Assembly (NCBI GenBank): GCA_030141605.1
Contig: JAQGDQ010000076.1
Span: 558,001-622,000 of the forward strand
DNA from: Tubiluchus corallicola
Lineage: Eukaryota; Animalia; Priapulida
Direction of reading: 5' to 3'
DNA length: 64,000 nucleotides
Part shown: positions 38,801-52,499 of the stretch, piece after piece
How the letters are laid out: each line of letters begins with the position of its first letter
Numbering within the stretch: position 1 is the stretch's first letter
Notes under the pieces: model-generated
The model's database searches: none
Told to the model about the DNA's origin: nothing
The model's input: only the letters and a program-made list of their open reading frames with translations
Translations under genes and position numbers: made by a program

Positions 38801-41318
38801 TCTATTGCCGAAAAAGCTGATCTACGAGTTGATCTGTTGAAAAAATATCTTGCAGATTCTCGCGCAGTTCTCGAACGTTTCTATAAAGCCATGCATGGTG
38901 CGACCCATTCTTGAATATGCTGACTGTCAAACTTGATAATGTGCAGAAATATGCTGTCCATATTTGTACAAAAGCTATGAAAGGGTCAAATACATCCAAA
39001 CTGTATAGCGATGCTAATTTCGACTATTTACATAATAGGCGTTTGCTTCATAAACTTACTATGTTCTACAGAATTGTTAATCACATTGCCCCCTCTTTCT
39101 TGAATGATTTGTTGCCCCCTGGTAATAGAAATATTACTCGTAATTCACTAAGAAATTGTAATGATTTTGCCTTGTTTTATAGTAATAGTTTTCGCAATTC
39201 TTTTTTTCCTTCAACCGTGAGTGCTTGAAACAATCTTCCTGATCATCTAAAGCTGTCTTCGTCTTTAACGAGCTTAATATCAAATACATATCAACATCTT
39301 CGCTTCATTAATAGACCAAAATATTTCTTGTTAGGCGCAAGACCGAATTCTGTGCATCACCACTAGATTGCGAATTGGCTTTGCTCAGTTAAACGAGCAT
39401 CCAAACAATCACGGATGTAAGACATCATTGGCAATATTGTTTGTCGTAGGTGTATCTGGGGTTATCCTACGGAAGAACTGAAACATTGTTTGCTCGACTG
39501 CCTATTGCTTGCAGCGAACAAAGAGCAATTGCAGCGCAATTTTAATATTTGTATGTTTCCAATGTCCTCCTTCCAGTCAACATTAACTCCATGAATCCAT
39601 GGCAGAAAATCTCCACTTTGTTGTCTGGCAATGCATTTTTTAATTATGATCAAAATGTTATTGTGCTTAACTTAGTTCGAAATTTTATTGGTACTACTAA
39701 AAGATTTTCCACTGGTCGACCGCATTAACTTTCCTTCCTTTTTCTTAGCTTTTATCTCATCCTACGTGTTCCTTTCATTTTCCTCCTGATTTTGTTGTTG
39801 TTAAATTTGCTTAACTTACAATTATAATTCTGCGTCTTGTTTCAATGATTATGTAAATATCTGGGGCGTATTATCAGCTTAATTGCTGTCCGCCAAAGAT
39901 TATTTTCGGTTGAAAAATAAAATTATGTTTTATAAAAAAGTAAAATAATTAAAAATAACGATTTATTAAAATGTAGGAAAAATTAATTGCTAACTTTAAA
40001 AGGATGTTTTCAGTAATGATTTAAAATGGCTTAAGAGACGTTACCTTGCATCCGGAATGCGTATGCGTTATGCGGATGCAGAATAGAAAAAAATCGGTTT
40101 ATATTGTTTTCAATGTACCCATTTATCAGGTCTACGTTATACGTTATTTTTTCTGCAACTATTTCCAGTTGATTTTTTATACGCAGCTATTCCGTAGGTG
40201 GAAACGCATAATGCATTACGGATGCCATGTAACCGCCACTTTACGTTGTTTGCGAGTTTAGCATGAGCTGGTAAGAAATTCCACAGATGAGGAATTATAC
40301 CTGTGTCAGTTCCTCGATTATAGATTGCCAAATTTTGCCAAAGGTCTCATTATCAGTAACCTTTGGCAATTATAAGCAGGCTATCATCGATTTCAATGTA
40401 TTTGCACAACCACAATTGCAAACTAGTGTGTGTCTTACTCTAACGATGTCCAATTCTGTTGCAGGTTTTGATCCAAGGTGCAGCGAGGTCTCGCGTACTT
40501 ACGACTTTCCAACTGCCTGCTTTCGTTTCGGCGCACCACCCACGGACGAATACGTGAACTTAGAGCCATCAAATGTGGAGTTTTGGGTATTCACTGGGGA
40601 AGAGATCACCATAGAGGAGGCCCGTACTAGGATCGTAATTGCCAGTCCTCTGAAGTATGCTCGCAGAAACAACTCCATGGAACTGATTCCAAAACAATAT
40701 TTAAGGGCGAAGGTAACAGCTGATGGCTGGTACTTGGTCAATTTTACACATTCCAGGAACGTTAAACACTTTGACCGTTCACTTCATCCGTACATATATA
40801 TTCACGTAGGCTGCAAGAATTGCCGTTACCGACCGGACAGATTGCCGTTCGATCTGAGTGCTCGCAGGCGACCATTTGTCGTGACAAGTTTCGCGGAGAT
40901 AGTTGATGATCGTCGCAGATCTCGTAGGAATGTGGGAGACACTCTACCCTGTAGAGTAATAGATTTCGTTGTCACTAGAGAAGAGCTGGGCTTGAGTCCA
41001 GTGTATGTGGAACAACCAACCGAATGGCCACTGAATTTATGTGTTGGCTCCTGCCCACCAGATAATGGCATGCGTAGGTATACGCATACATATCACTACG
41101 GTCGCGTACGCAGTGCAAGTAGAAGCCAAGATGCGCCAGATTCACGCCTTAGTAAGATCGTGCAGACGTCTGAGTGCTGCACGCCGTCCGTGTATGGCCC
41201 AGTGAGTGTCATACGGCACAATTACACAAGCGATGGCGTTCTAGATCAAACTATAAGCGAAGAATTGTTCAATGTGACGATAACCCAGTGTCTATGTGAG
41301 CAGTGCACATGTAATTAA
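35826..41318 (+). CDS. Divergent TGF-beta superfamily precursor (activin/inhibin/myostatin-like prodomain), ~463 aa
   Basis: Exons 35826-36363 and 40465-41318, phase-1 GT-AG join. Signal peptide, straitjacket helix RLKQVAKKLKLQLGL, ACFRF, GWY, CKNC, RRPFVV and furin site RRRSRR. The mature domain has the cystine-knot pattern C...CxGxC...CCxP...CxC. Confidence 0.88.
38330..39935 (+). mobile_element. 5'-truncated CR1/L2-like LINE in the TGF-beta intron
   Basis: FDTVWH, LLQWFRSYLSDRQQRV, INAGVPQGSIL.PILL.IFIDD, IRLFANET (decayed FADDT) and RRLLHKLTMFYRIVN; frameshifts and stops; AATAAA with an A-rich end near 39916-39940. Confidence 0.9.
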
Positions 41319-41630
41319 ACTAAGAGAATTGCTCATCTCTCTTCAGCTTCATCGACATCACTCTGAGATACGTAATTAGTAAAACCGCCATATGTTTAAC
41401 ATGATATTTGACATTGTTGATTAAAAAAAAATCTGAGTGCACGTAAAAATTACACGTCGCATTTTTTCGGAGCGCCTATAACGAAGTTCTAACCTCGCCA
41501 CTATTAACAAAAATATTGTTAATTTTTTGCTGCAGATAACACCGCTATAAGGCCCAACATAACCTTTCTGACAAGCAACATTGTTGTTAATGACACGATA
41601 ACACTTTTTCAATGACACTTGGTCCCATGG

Positions 41631-41940
41631 TCTTTAGTAATGATACACTACGCTAGTGATCATACGGTACTCTTCAGTAATGATACACAGCGCCAATGGT
41701 CATGTGGTGCACTTCAGTAATGACATGTTATGTCAATGATCACAATTTGTCTTTCACTATAGTACACTGTGCCAGTGACTACGTGTTGTCCTTCACTAAT
41801 GATACGCAAGGTCAGTGATCACAAAGTATCCTTCACTACATCATTGTTCATACGATGCCCTTTAATAATGATATACTACGCCAGGGTTTACGTAGCGCCA
41901 TTCTGTAATGGTACCTTACGCCTGTGGCAACACGTGTGCA
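41631..41940. repeat. ~40-bp diverged minisatellite, about 8 units
   Basis: Units such as tctttagtaatgatacactacgctagtgatcatacggtac, tcttcagtaatgatacacagcgccaatggtcatgtggtgc and acttcagtaatgacatgttatgtcaatgatcacaatttgt. Confidence 0.85.
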
Positions 41941-44135
41941 ACACGGCTAATTCATTTGGCAGCACACATTTTAAGAAAAAGCTTTTTCCGAAAATTAAGC
42001 ACAAATTACGTAAAAGAAAAAGAAACAAAAACGATATCTAATAAATGAACTGAAACTTTTTTAGTTTTGTTAAATTTCTAGAATTTTTAATTTGACAAAA
42101 AATATTAGCTTGCTTATGCATTGTATGCTGAACTTTATTATTACTGGTATTTGCAAAAAAGTAGCACTTTTATTGCTTTAGCAAGAACCTAGATTTGATG
42201 TTATTAATGATGCGGTAAATGATGTTTTAGCAAGTTGTGACGATGTGACGATGTTTAGAAATAGGCCAAATAAGCATGGTACAAAAACAAACTAAATGGC
42301 GTATAATTTGTGAAAGCAGTAGTTACTTTTAGAGATTCTCGGTGATACTTGTTTCGTAGTGATACTCATGCTACAATTGTTCACTGTTGTTGTAATGTAT
42401 AAGACATTACCATTGCATTTTCTGTTGTTGCTGTATTATGAATATGTGAATACCGCCCAGACGCATAACTTAAAATGTGTAAATGAGGTCTATCAAATTA
42501 ATTTAAATAATATTCGTTCTTCAGTCTCCTTTTTCTAGCTTTTTTGTAAAGAACAATTCTCTATAAAAGATTAGACATTAAACTAGCTTTTACATATGCT
42601 CATTTGTCCAAAGAAAAATAATAGGAGGCGTCAATGGCAAACGAAGCTGCTCAGAAATAATCAGCGGCCTCCTTTTTATTTACTAATCAGGCTCAAGTTT
42701 GTTTAACATTCTGTTGCTAAGCACACACTGCATCTATTCAACTATTACAGAGTTAAAGATATATTCATGCTTATTCATTGCCGAGCAGCATTACTTGTAC
42801 AATGATGAAGTATATAAAACCACATACTTATAAATGTATACATCGAGAAGTATAACGCCATTGTAGTGTTTTTATAACACAGCCTTATTAAAACATTATA
42901 AACTTTAAAACCATCCAGATGTTTCGATTGCAAGGCATTAGACATCTTGCAGTGTGTGAGCATTGAACATCAACCACAATAATTGTCATAAAGCCAGAGC
43001 TTAAAGAGATTAATAACACAGAATAAACAAACCTATATAACAAAGCCTATACAAAGTAAACAGACCTATACAGAATTAAAAAAACCAAAAAACTAATTAG
43101 TAAATGTTTAAAATTTAACTAAAACAAGAAAAATCAGATTTTTCTTAAAACACTAAAAACGTGTATGCCTCATTTTGTAAGTGAACTCTTCTTCTACATG
43201 TATGAACTGGAACTAGCATAAGAAGCTCGACATGGAAGCCAGCACACAAGCCAATATAGCCGGGATTTTAGCTTTCTATAAGGTTCAAATGTTTATATAA
43301 GGTTCAAATGCAGAGCTACATTAAACAGACGTATACTTATTTATTTATTTATTTCTCGTTTACGTCAGTACATACAAAGTACCATGGATACAGGAGAAGA
43401 AAACCTAATTAAAACCACTATTTAGAAATATTACTACAAGACATGCAAAAAATATTTACAAAAAAGGATGAACAATTAGTAAACTAAGTAATAAAAAAGG
43501 GCTAGTAAGTATATATTCCCAAAGCATGAGCATAAATAGTCGAAGTTAAAAAGACATCAGTGTTAAAAATAAAACTGCATATAACTTCATTGCTTTAACT
43601 TTAAACTCGCTGAAGAAGACTTAAAAGTATTTTTAGATAAAATCACTTTAAAACTATTGCAGCCGTTTTCTGCCCATGTTGTTGACGCTTGGAAAGGCTA
43701 TACGCCTACAGTTAAATGTTATTTGGATGAACTTTCTTTTATTAAAATATCCCAGCTATTTAATTGTAGCTCTATTCATATAACTCGAATTTAGAAAATC
43801 ACACATTGCTCAAAAGTACAAATATAATCAAAAAACATCAGATTAGGGAGGGCATTTTAGTTTTCTCCAATTCTAATAGTTTGGTACTTGTTTTGCCTAG
43901 GACATGCGGTCAAAAATTCACATTGTTTTTGCTGTTTTGCATCCAAAAAGATTTTGTGATTTTATACGTCTTTAATAAATTTGGTTAGTAATACCATTAA
44001 ACCCCACTGTTTTTCAATGTTTCACAAGAAAAATTTTTGATAACTTTACCATTGTTGTCGTCAGTTCAATGGGGAACTTTTGGGGTGATTATAACTTGGT
44101 AATCTAAACAGCGTAAGGGTTTCATAGGCAAGTTG

Positions 44136-47100
44136 TTAGCCGGCAGTCTGTAAATTACTGGTAAGCTGCAAGTTTGTTGAGACGCTTGGAAATACTTTGT
44201 TATTTATTTGTTCATCTAGACAGGCAGTGCGTCTCGACAATGCATTGTTCGCTACATTATTAGTGCTGCCAGATATGTTAGAAGAATAAAAGTTAAGCGC
44301 AATAACTTTAGGTATAAAGAAAAATGCTAGTGTAATAGTTCCTGTAGTGATCATAATTATAGCAATGTAGATCATTTTGTAATCGTTTTGTTTCGTAGTA
44401 TAATACGTTGGTAGAAACGCCACCCATATGACAAACGTTGTATAGACAGCTAAACTGATGAAACGAGATTCGTTGAAATTATCAGGGAGTTTTCGCGTGA
44501 GAAAAGCGTAGTAACAACAGAAAAGAATCAGTAACAAATTATAACAAAGAGGGATGAGAAAATCATATGTTCCAGTGCTGCAAACCAGTGTTACATGTGG
44601 TTCCGTTGGTACAAGCATTTGTAGCTCAGCAGTCTGTGGACTTAGCTGATCGCAAACAACACACAATGCAATCTGAAAGAAAAACCTTCTTAATAATTCA
44701 AGATCAAATATACTGCACGCTTGACTGTTTGAATAAATTTAGTGAAATAAAATTGTCAAACATTTATAAAGCCAGTGGTTAAAGATTGGGCTTTTTCACA
44801 ACTTAACAGTTAATTGGCTTGTTGACCAGTTGCTAGTTTTAAATTGCAAATAAAATTTAAATTTACCTCAACAAGAATTAAATTTGAAGCAATTGCAACC
44901 TGTTGCTTGGGAGCAATACAATGCGGACGCAGCGTAGATTTTTTTCCAGATGTAAATATCCGGTAAATTCGATTTGTTCTTGTCAGCAGTGGTGCATAAA
45001 TCGTGCTGACTGAGACATGGAAACCAAAATATCCAGCAAAGCAAGAAACATCTGTTGGTTTCTTTAGCAAGCTAAACACAAGGGCATATGATCCTGTCAC
45101 TCCAAGTAGTATAATTGCTGTCAGTTCACGACTGCATGCTTTAATCAATCTGTCATCACGATGTTTTAAAATGAAAAGTCCCACAGTAAAGGTTCCAGCT
45201 AATCCTAAAGTGACCAGGACAATAGAAATGATAGTAACGTTGTCTGACCAAAGTAAGTAAGCTGGTGTAATAGGCAGACAATCTGTAGGGTTTTTTTTGT
45301 CGGGCCAGGTATAAAGTGGACAAGGTAAACAGTTGGTTCCATTGTGGGCTAAATGCTCATTGTTTCTACAAGGTCTGCATTGCCAACAGCAAGAATCAAT
45401 ATTAACCTTGAAGTACCTCCAAGGACAAGGATGGCTGCATCTAGATTCTGGGACGTCTGTTTCATTAACATCAGAAGGCCAAATAATTAGAGACTGATTT
45501 ATCTGCAACCCAATTCCAAGTTTCCATATTCCAATCTCAACTGCCTTTAAAATACCGTCTTGAATTTGGAGTTGTTTTATGTCATACATAGATGTTATGT
45601 CGCCACTTTTATCAAAACCAATGTGCATTCCTATTCCATCAAATGAGACATGGTATAAATACTCCCTCAACAGTTTTCCTGTAACACAAGTTTTGACATC
45701 AGTTTGTTTGGCGTTAGGACAATTTTCTTTAACTAACTTATGCAAAGCATGTGCAAAGGCATAAACCGCATTTATAGTATTTGCTACTTTGGGCTGCCTG
45801 CCTGCAGGCATTGGGTTTGCACTTTTTACATTACATTTTTGTTCTGGATTGGAATCTGCAAAGCTACAATGAGAACGTGTTTCCCAATATTCTTCAAACC
45901 ACCGATCCGGTTCCCTTTGAGATATTGATAGTCCCCGAAACCAATTGGTATAAGGTGAATAACTATCCATTGGTGGTTGAAATGCCAACGCTCCATTGGC
46001 GATTGCTGCTAATCCATTCTTAGTTAATTCATGAATCCCTACCGATGCCTCAGAATTGAGAAATATGAAATGATCAATGGCACCAGCTTGCTGTAATGAA
46101 GCCAGCACGCCTTGCTGCCATATTTGAAACAACCACACCACAACTACTCTGGCTTTCCAGTGTGCAATTAACTCAGCAGCAATGGCGTCAAATGCTTTCT
46201 TGTTGTTTTCTTGCATAAGAACCTTCCTGTCAATAGCAATGCAGATGTCATTTTCTTTTTTCTCAGCAAAATTCCTGTAAAAAAGTCAAGTCGATTATGC
46301 AAACTTAGTAACAGTGTATCTAATCATTTAAAATTCAGTTCTATAAGGTAAGTTGTTGTGCTATACTGATTACCTTATTAAAGCAGCTGCATTTGTGCCA
46401 TATTTCCCCTCCATGTACAAAAGTGAAATATATTTCCACCCATAGTATTTAATGACTGAGGTTATTACATTCACCTAAACGAGAAATGTAAATTTACGTA
46501 AAATCGTTGTTCACAAACAAAGACGATCAAGAGGGGTAAGTTCTTGTGACAATCATAAGTGAAGAGGCTTTTTATCACGTAAAAGCTGCCTATGCTGCCC
46601 AAATGCTTCCCACCTACTCTATCATAACTCCATGTTGAAGACTGCCAAATAATATTGGCAGCTGTTTAGTTAGTCCTTATTACTTTCGTTTTATGCACAT
46701 TTGCAGAAGCTTGAAAAAAGTTAAACGCAAAAATTAGTTAAGAAATAAACTCAAGGCAACTGTTATTCGAGTAGTTTATATGTTAAAACGACAAAAGCAC
46801 TTGTTCTATAGCCTGCTAGTAGATCCAGTACAATTGCACTATAATTATAAAGTTGTTATTTGGAAATCACTAAGGTAGCTCATATTTAATCCAATTTGGT
46901 TTTGATTTGATTTTGATTTTAGCTGCAATTACAACAGATGCCAGAAGGTAGATACATCCTGAAAATTGAGTTGGTACACGAGACAACTTCATTTCGGTTT
47001 ATATATTGTGTTGAGTGCAACATTGTACTTTTTCGTCTTTGTTCATACCTCATGATTTTTGGGCGAATTGTTTTTGCCAATGCGAAATAATGCTGATCAC

Positions 47101-50100
47101 TATACTCATTAATTTTTTATTTAGATTGCTTGTAATCCTGTTGCTTTTCACTTTTCTCAATATCCTTTTTTCGTCTTGTTGTACTTTCGTTTTTTCTTCT
47201 TTCTTTTTTATTTTACCTCTCGCCTTTTTTCTTTTTCCCTTCTTTTTTCTTCCTTATTTCCTCTACTCTTCTCTTCTTCTGTCCTTCTTTGCTTTCCTTC
47301 TTCCTTTCTTTCATTTAATATGTTTCTGGACGAATTTATTTACTGCAGTTTCATTATTATTATTTTTTTGGAAATCAGTTTTAAGCTTTTGGCGTTAAAA
47401 TATGTAATTACTGTCATGTGAGCTACATCAAACTGTAATCAAAGTGCACTGACAGAAAGTCCTTCAGAGCTGATGGATTTAATCAGAGCTTCTGGGATTA
47501 TGTGTAACATTAATTCAAACAAATATCAATCAGACAACCATACAAACTCAAACACTGCAAAACCCTTTGTAGCCTTACAATGGCTTCTTTTGAGCTTTAT
47601 TGTTGTCTAAGATCTCACTAAAAAATAAACTTAGCGCGAGCACGAGAGCACTTAGACATGCGTCAGATGAATGTACCGATTGATGATAGACGATGATGCT
47701 TCTCGTGCACTAGAGTCAAATTCTAGATTGGCATAACGAACAAGATTTATCTTCATCAATCTCCCACCGAAAATATTTCCCATGCATGTGCAAACGTCTA
47801 AACTGATCTGTGGAAATGCATTAGGCAGTTTGTTACACAATTAAGACGATTTTCGGTCGTCTTAGAAACGGATGTTTGGACGTTTGGTCACTCAGAAACA
47901 TGTAATAGTTTTTATTCTTGCATTTCCTGCAAGTTATTTACTACATAGTGTGTTTAATCCAAACCTACCATTGCTTAATCTACAGAATCTATAATTACAA
48001 TAATTATAAAAATGAAAGTGTTTGTAGGCACTCTAACATGACATTCACTGTGTCTGCTAAAAGTAAAGTTAAAATCTACTTGTTTGTCAAAATATTTATT
48101 ATGCGGCGAATCAGCGTACCACTGGACATCGGTGGGTAATAGCTTTGCTATTTGATAACCGAGCGGTCAGTGGCGCCACTCAATTTGACCGATGTCTTAT
48201 GTGCTCGACCCTTTAACCCGTTGCTATTGTATGAGGTCTATTAGATCTGCGATTCTCGCGGAAAAAACACACGAAATTCCCGTTTTTTCCGTTATTCCGC
48301 AAGGAACTCCTGTTTTGGGGCTTAAGCTTATGTTGTGCCGTTATAGCACTACTTAAATTACAGATTACCTCTATTCATCTTAGCGCTAGGTCACTGGGTG
48401 CCTATTGTTGTGATTACTAATTAATTGAAATTACAGTTACAGTAAATACGATTAGGAACTTTTAACAAAGACCACGTAAAACGTTACACGTTAGCTATAA
48501 AATTAATCTTACTTTTAATGTATATTACTACTGTATTCACATTAGCACAGGCTCTATACATCATCTATACTGAATCATCTATACAAAATTTTATTTAAAA
48601 CTTCCTAAGATTCATGTCTATCCATTTGCTGTTAACAAACAAAGTACGTGCACGTTTTCACAATGAGAACTGCACCATCTATTAGAAATTACTTGTCATG
48701 TGTATAAGCGATTGTTAGCAATCGGTTATGTTTGCCTGGGTCTTCCTTATAAAGAAGCTCTTGAAATGTAAAGTCTTTGGCATCGAGATGCGACAATTTT
48801 AAGGTGACCATTGTTTGGATCCTATTTTCGACAAATCTGGTTCGAAATACACGATAAAAGTGTTTAAAAACCTATATAGTCTAAGATCATTTATAGTCAT
48901 CTACATATATCTGTTAAAATATATTGCGCGCACACAACTTTCTTTGGTGCTTTGTTTGACAATAATTCCTAAAGTTGAAAGTTCGCCAACTTCATCTGTA
49001 TAATGCTAATACCCTGTAAAATACTTATAATGTATTATTCAGTATGTTAGACAAGCAGCTCCAGTAAGGCTGTTTCCACATTATGTTTTGCTTAAACGAT
49101 TTCTATTTTCGTTTTGCTTAAACAATATCTATTTTCGGTTTCCTAATTTACTAGCAAAATGAGCAGCATGGCAGTGGCTAGCAAGAGCTACAACAATGAC
49201 GACGACAACAAAACTACAACAACCGCTACAGTAACAGCCAAAACGTTCGCAATATCAACGGCAGCCACAGCATTAGCTACATCATCATTGCTATCATCAT
49301 CAACATAATCGTCTTCGGCACCATCATTACCACATTTTTCTTCTTCGTTATCATTAGCAGCAACAACAGCTATACCATCACAAAACAATCTCTGTCATAG
49401 ATTTATAAATAACTATGTGAATAAAAGAACAAAATACGCTTCTTAGGCATTAGTCGTTATCAAATATAAATGAATCGCTGACGCTTGGTGACATTTTTTA
49501 GTAATATGTTCTTCTCAACATGTAAATAATTTAAGATAAGATAATATAGGCGAGTAAGATTAATATTTACTGCAAATTTCATCTTTGAATTCATTCACAT
49601 GCGTCATTTGACATTTCAAAGGTCTTTCATCCAACTCTGAATGCAGATAAAAAGGGTACATATCAAGTGAAACAATAGTTCAGTGGAATAATAGTAAGTT
49701 GGTTACCAACCTGTATTCTGTCAGCTACAAAAGTGCGGAAAAAGTAAGGAAATCTGGTCTTGTCACTGAGCTCGTTACTAGAAGACAAGTAGCTGATTTG
49801 TGGTATCTCATACAGACTTAAAATGTAGCTGGCAAACGTTGAAGCTGAGCTGTATAATGCACCAACAACGCCCACTACATTGTCTGCAAAATATATACTC
49901 TGAGACAAAATATCAATATAACATTACATTATTGAGATCATAATGCTTAGGTACTATGGAAATATGTGATACTATGACTGCATGTGATACTTGGCTGTAC
50001 GTCACATAGTAAGACATTTCCATGTTTCTATTTATTGGATTACTCGTTTGCGATGTAACTTTATAAATAGATCTGTTTCATCGTGAAGCCATTCTCGTTT

Positions 50101-50866
50101 TCGTTTTAGTTGTTCCTGTAATAAGTTTTCAGCTGATTTTTATTTTGTGATGAACAATAGAATGTCATATTCTAACTTTTTACAACAAAACGGATTCTAT
50201 GGCAATGCTAAATGACATTCTAAATAACATATTCACAAAATGAATTCCCTTGTAACAGTGACTGGCGTCATAAACGACATATCCAGGCAGTTAGGTACAA
50301 AAATTTCAGCAAATGAGCAACCCAATGCTTCGCATACCGCACTAGCTCTTAAACTGAAATTTGCAATTGTTTCGCTTATATCATTATATGATTAATCAAC
50401 ATCAAAGTTACGAGTAGTTAAATTGTTAAATCAAAAGCTTCGGAATAATTTAGGCAACAAATAATTGAAATAATAAGTAACAGATTAGCTTACCGTTTGG
50501 ATCATCTGGGATAAATTTCAATGTTTGAGCCAGGGCAGTTTTGCCATTTTCGCAAGTGTCTAGAATCTTCCATCCCAGCGTGATATTTGGCAGTAAGTTT
50601 TTGTCTCTGTTTATCTCCTCAATGGCGTATACCATCGAATACATGAGCTCAAAGAATCCGGGGTTAAACGTCTTAGCGCAGTAATCATTTGCTGTCAAGG
50701 GATGGTCATGCAGTGGAAATAAGCCGCCCAAAATCAACGTCCCATCTTGTTTAAAAGCATGTGATGGAAGGTTTGGCACTGCTTTGAATCCCGCTGCACT
50801 CATCATGAACGATGCCAATATAAGTTGAAAAATAATTGAAATTTCAGGTATCCTATCAAATTTCAT
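44136..50866 (-). CDS. Class C GPCR (mGluR-like), paralogue C, ~863 aa; inverted duplicate of paralogue B
   Basis: Exons 50866-50494, 49883-49711, 46474-46374, 46274-44867 and 44672-44136; GT-AG, 2592 nt in frame. Exons 2-5 have the same lengths as in B (173/101/1408/537), and the C-tail ...LQTAG is shared. Confidence 0.94.
49185..49390. repeat. Low-complexity CAA/CAT/CAG trinucleotide-like tract, intronic
   Basis: Imperfect acaacaacc and catcatt runs. Confidence 0.7.
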
Positions 50867-52499
50867 TTCTACTTAATGCAGAAACTGTGCTATCTTCGAA
50901 TAAAGAGAATGTAACAACTACTAACTTCATAGAGTGACAGGTGAAGTATTAAATTATGCTCTCGAAAGGTTTTGTTTATAAGTTGAGCAACGCTGCGCAG
51001 CATACGCAACAAATAGCGGCACAGCATAACTAAGAATCTTTGAGTGCGAACAAATAGCTTCACAGAAAGTAATTGTCAGTTTTTCATTCTCATCAAACGG
51101 TTGCAAAAATGTAAGTCAGCATGTTGGTATTACAACAAGATGTTTTATCAGGAAGGATTGCTTGATCTAATATGTTGGCTGCATGGCAAGCCTTTTTTTC
51201 TAATAACCATAACGAATCATCGTCGTCGTCGTCGCCACCATCATAAGTCATAAGTCATAAGTCATTTATTTCACCATACACATTTACAATGATTACATAT
51301 ACAATATCTAGTGAAAGGGCCTACAATGGATATAATACAAATAAGAAATACTGCGCAAAAAAGCCTCAAACACTGTTCACTTATGCAGGAAGGTAAATGT
51401 GTTGTGGGCAATCAAGAAGCAGGGCTTGTTAGATTGTCCCACACAGTGATAGAAAAAAAATATGGAGATAATCTGAAAATTTAAAGTGAATCGTGATTAA
51501 AAAAACATTAGTGCTTAAAATGGAATGACGTAATGAATGAAGCTCATATATGGGATGATATGAAAGATAGAAAGACTATTATTTTTAAAATAGTATGTAA
51601 ATTTAAAATAACTTGATTAAGCTAACAAAAAACCTTGTACATTTTACTAACTGATCCTACTAAGTGTTTGTGTTGGTTTTCAGGTGTAAATGACGCCTTT
51701 ATCTAACCTGTAAAATGAGTTTAAATGCATTATACATTAAAAGAATTGCTCAGTTAACATGTCTGAATTTAATATTTGTGTATAAATATTAATATAAGCT
51801 TGTCAAATATGCCTTAGCAATATGGTATGTTTTTGTGTATTTCCTGCGTGCCGGAGTTAGCTACAAGATTTGTGATTTCTAAAGGACTTTGAAGTTAATA
51901 ATAGCATCTGCTATCAAATTTAGTTCACAAATCCAATGTCCTTCATACACTTTTTCAAGAACATACTCGCCAATGTACTAACAAGGTTATAGACAAAGTA
52001 AGATACGTACATTATTTCTTTTGAATTTCTGAGATATCAGAAAAAGTGCACCTGAAACTACTTGAATATTTGCTGACATTGCTGGGAGAAAACATAAATC
52101 TTTGGCTTACGTCTTGTTAGACTCGCGGTTTTTTAGTAAAGGTTGTTATAATTTGAACTTTACTATTTCATTTACTTTAAATTATACTGAGTACAAATAC
52201 GTACAAATACAAAAAGTATTAACATATTATAAGCTTATAAGTAGAAATATTTTTAGACACCTAATTAGCCAGTCTACATCTTATATAATGATGTGACCCG
52301 TTTGCATTTATTTGGAAATCACCTAAGCTAAAGCAACTTACAAAATTTACAAATACCTTCTGACTTTCCCCGTGAAACTTCCTACATAAGCCTACGGTTC
52401 AGCAGTGTCATTACTAGAACCATCTATTAAGCTAAGGTACCCGACTCGAGATCTTCAATGGTCATGCGTGCAACGAAAATAAAATGAGAATAACTTGAC

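Noticed and set aside
40287-40464. ATG-initiated 5' extension of the 343-aa TGF-beta ORF
   Set aside because: No signal peptide or homology. The acceptor at 40463-40464 is in phase with exon 1, so this stretch is intron.
41631-41940. CRISPR-like periodicity
   Set aside because: The units are homologous along their whole length with no unique spacers, there are no cas genes, and the context is eukaryotic.
47015-47421. Phe/Leu-rich 'membrane protein' ORFs
   Set aside because: A pyrimidine-rich low-complexity tract in intron 2 of GPCR C, mirrored by a purine-rich tract in B at ~26480-26640.
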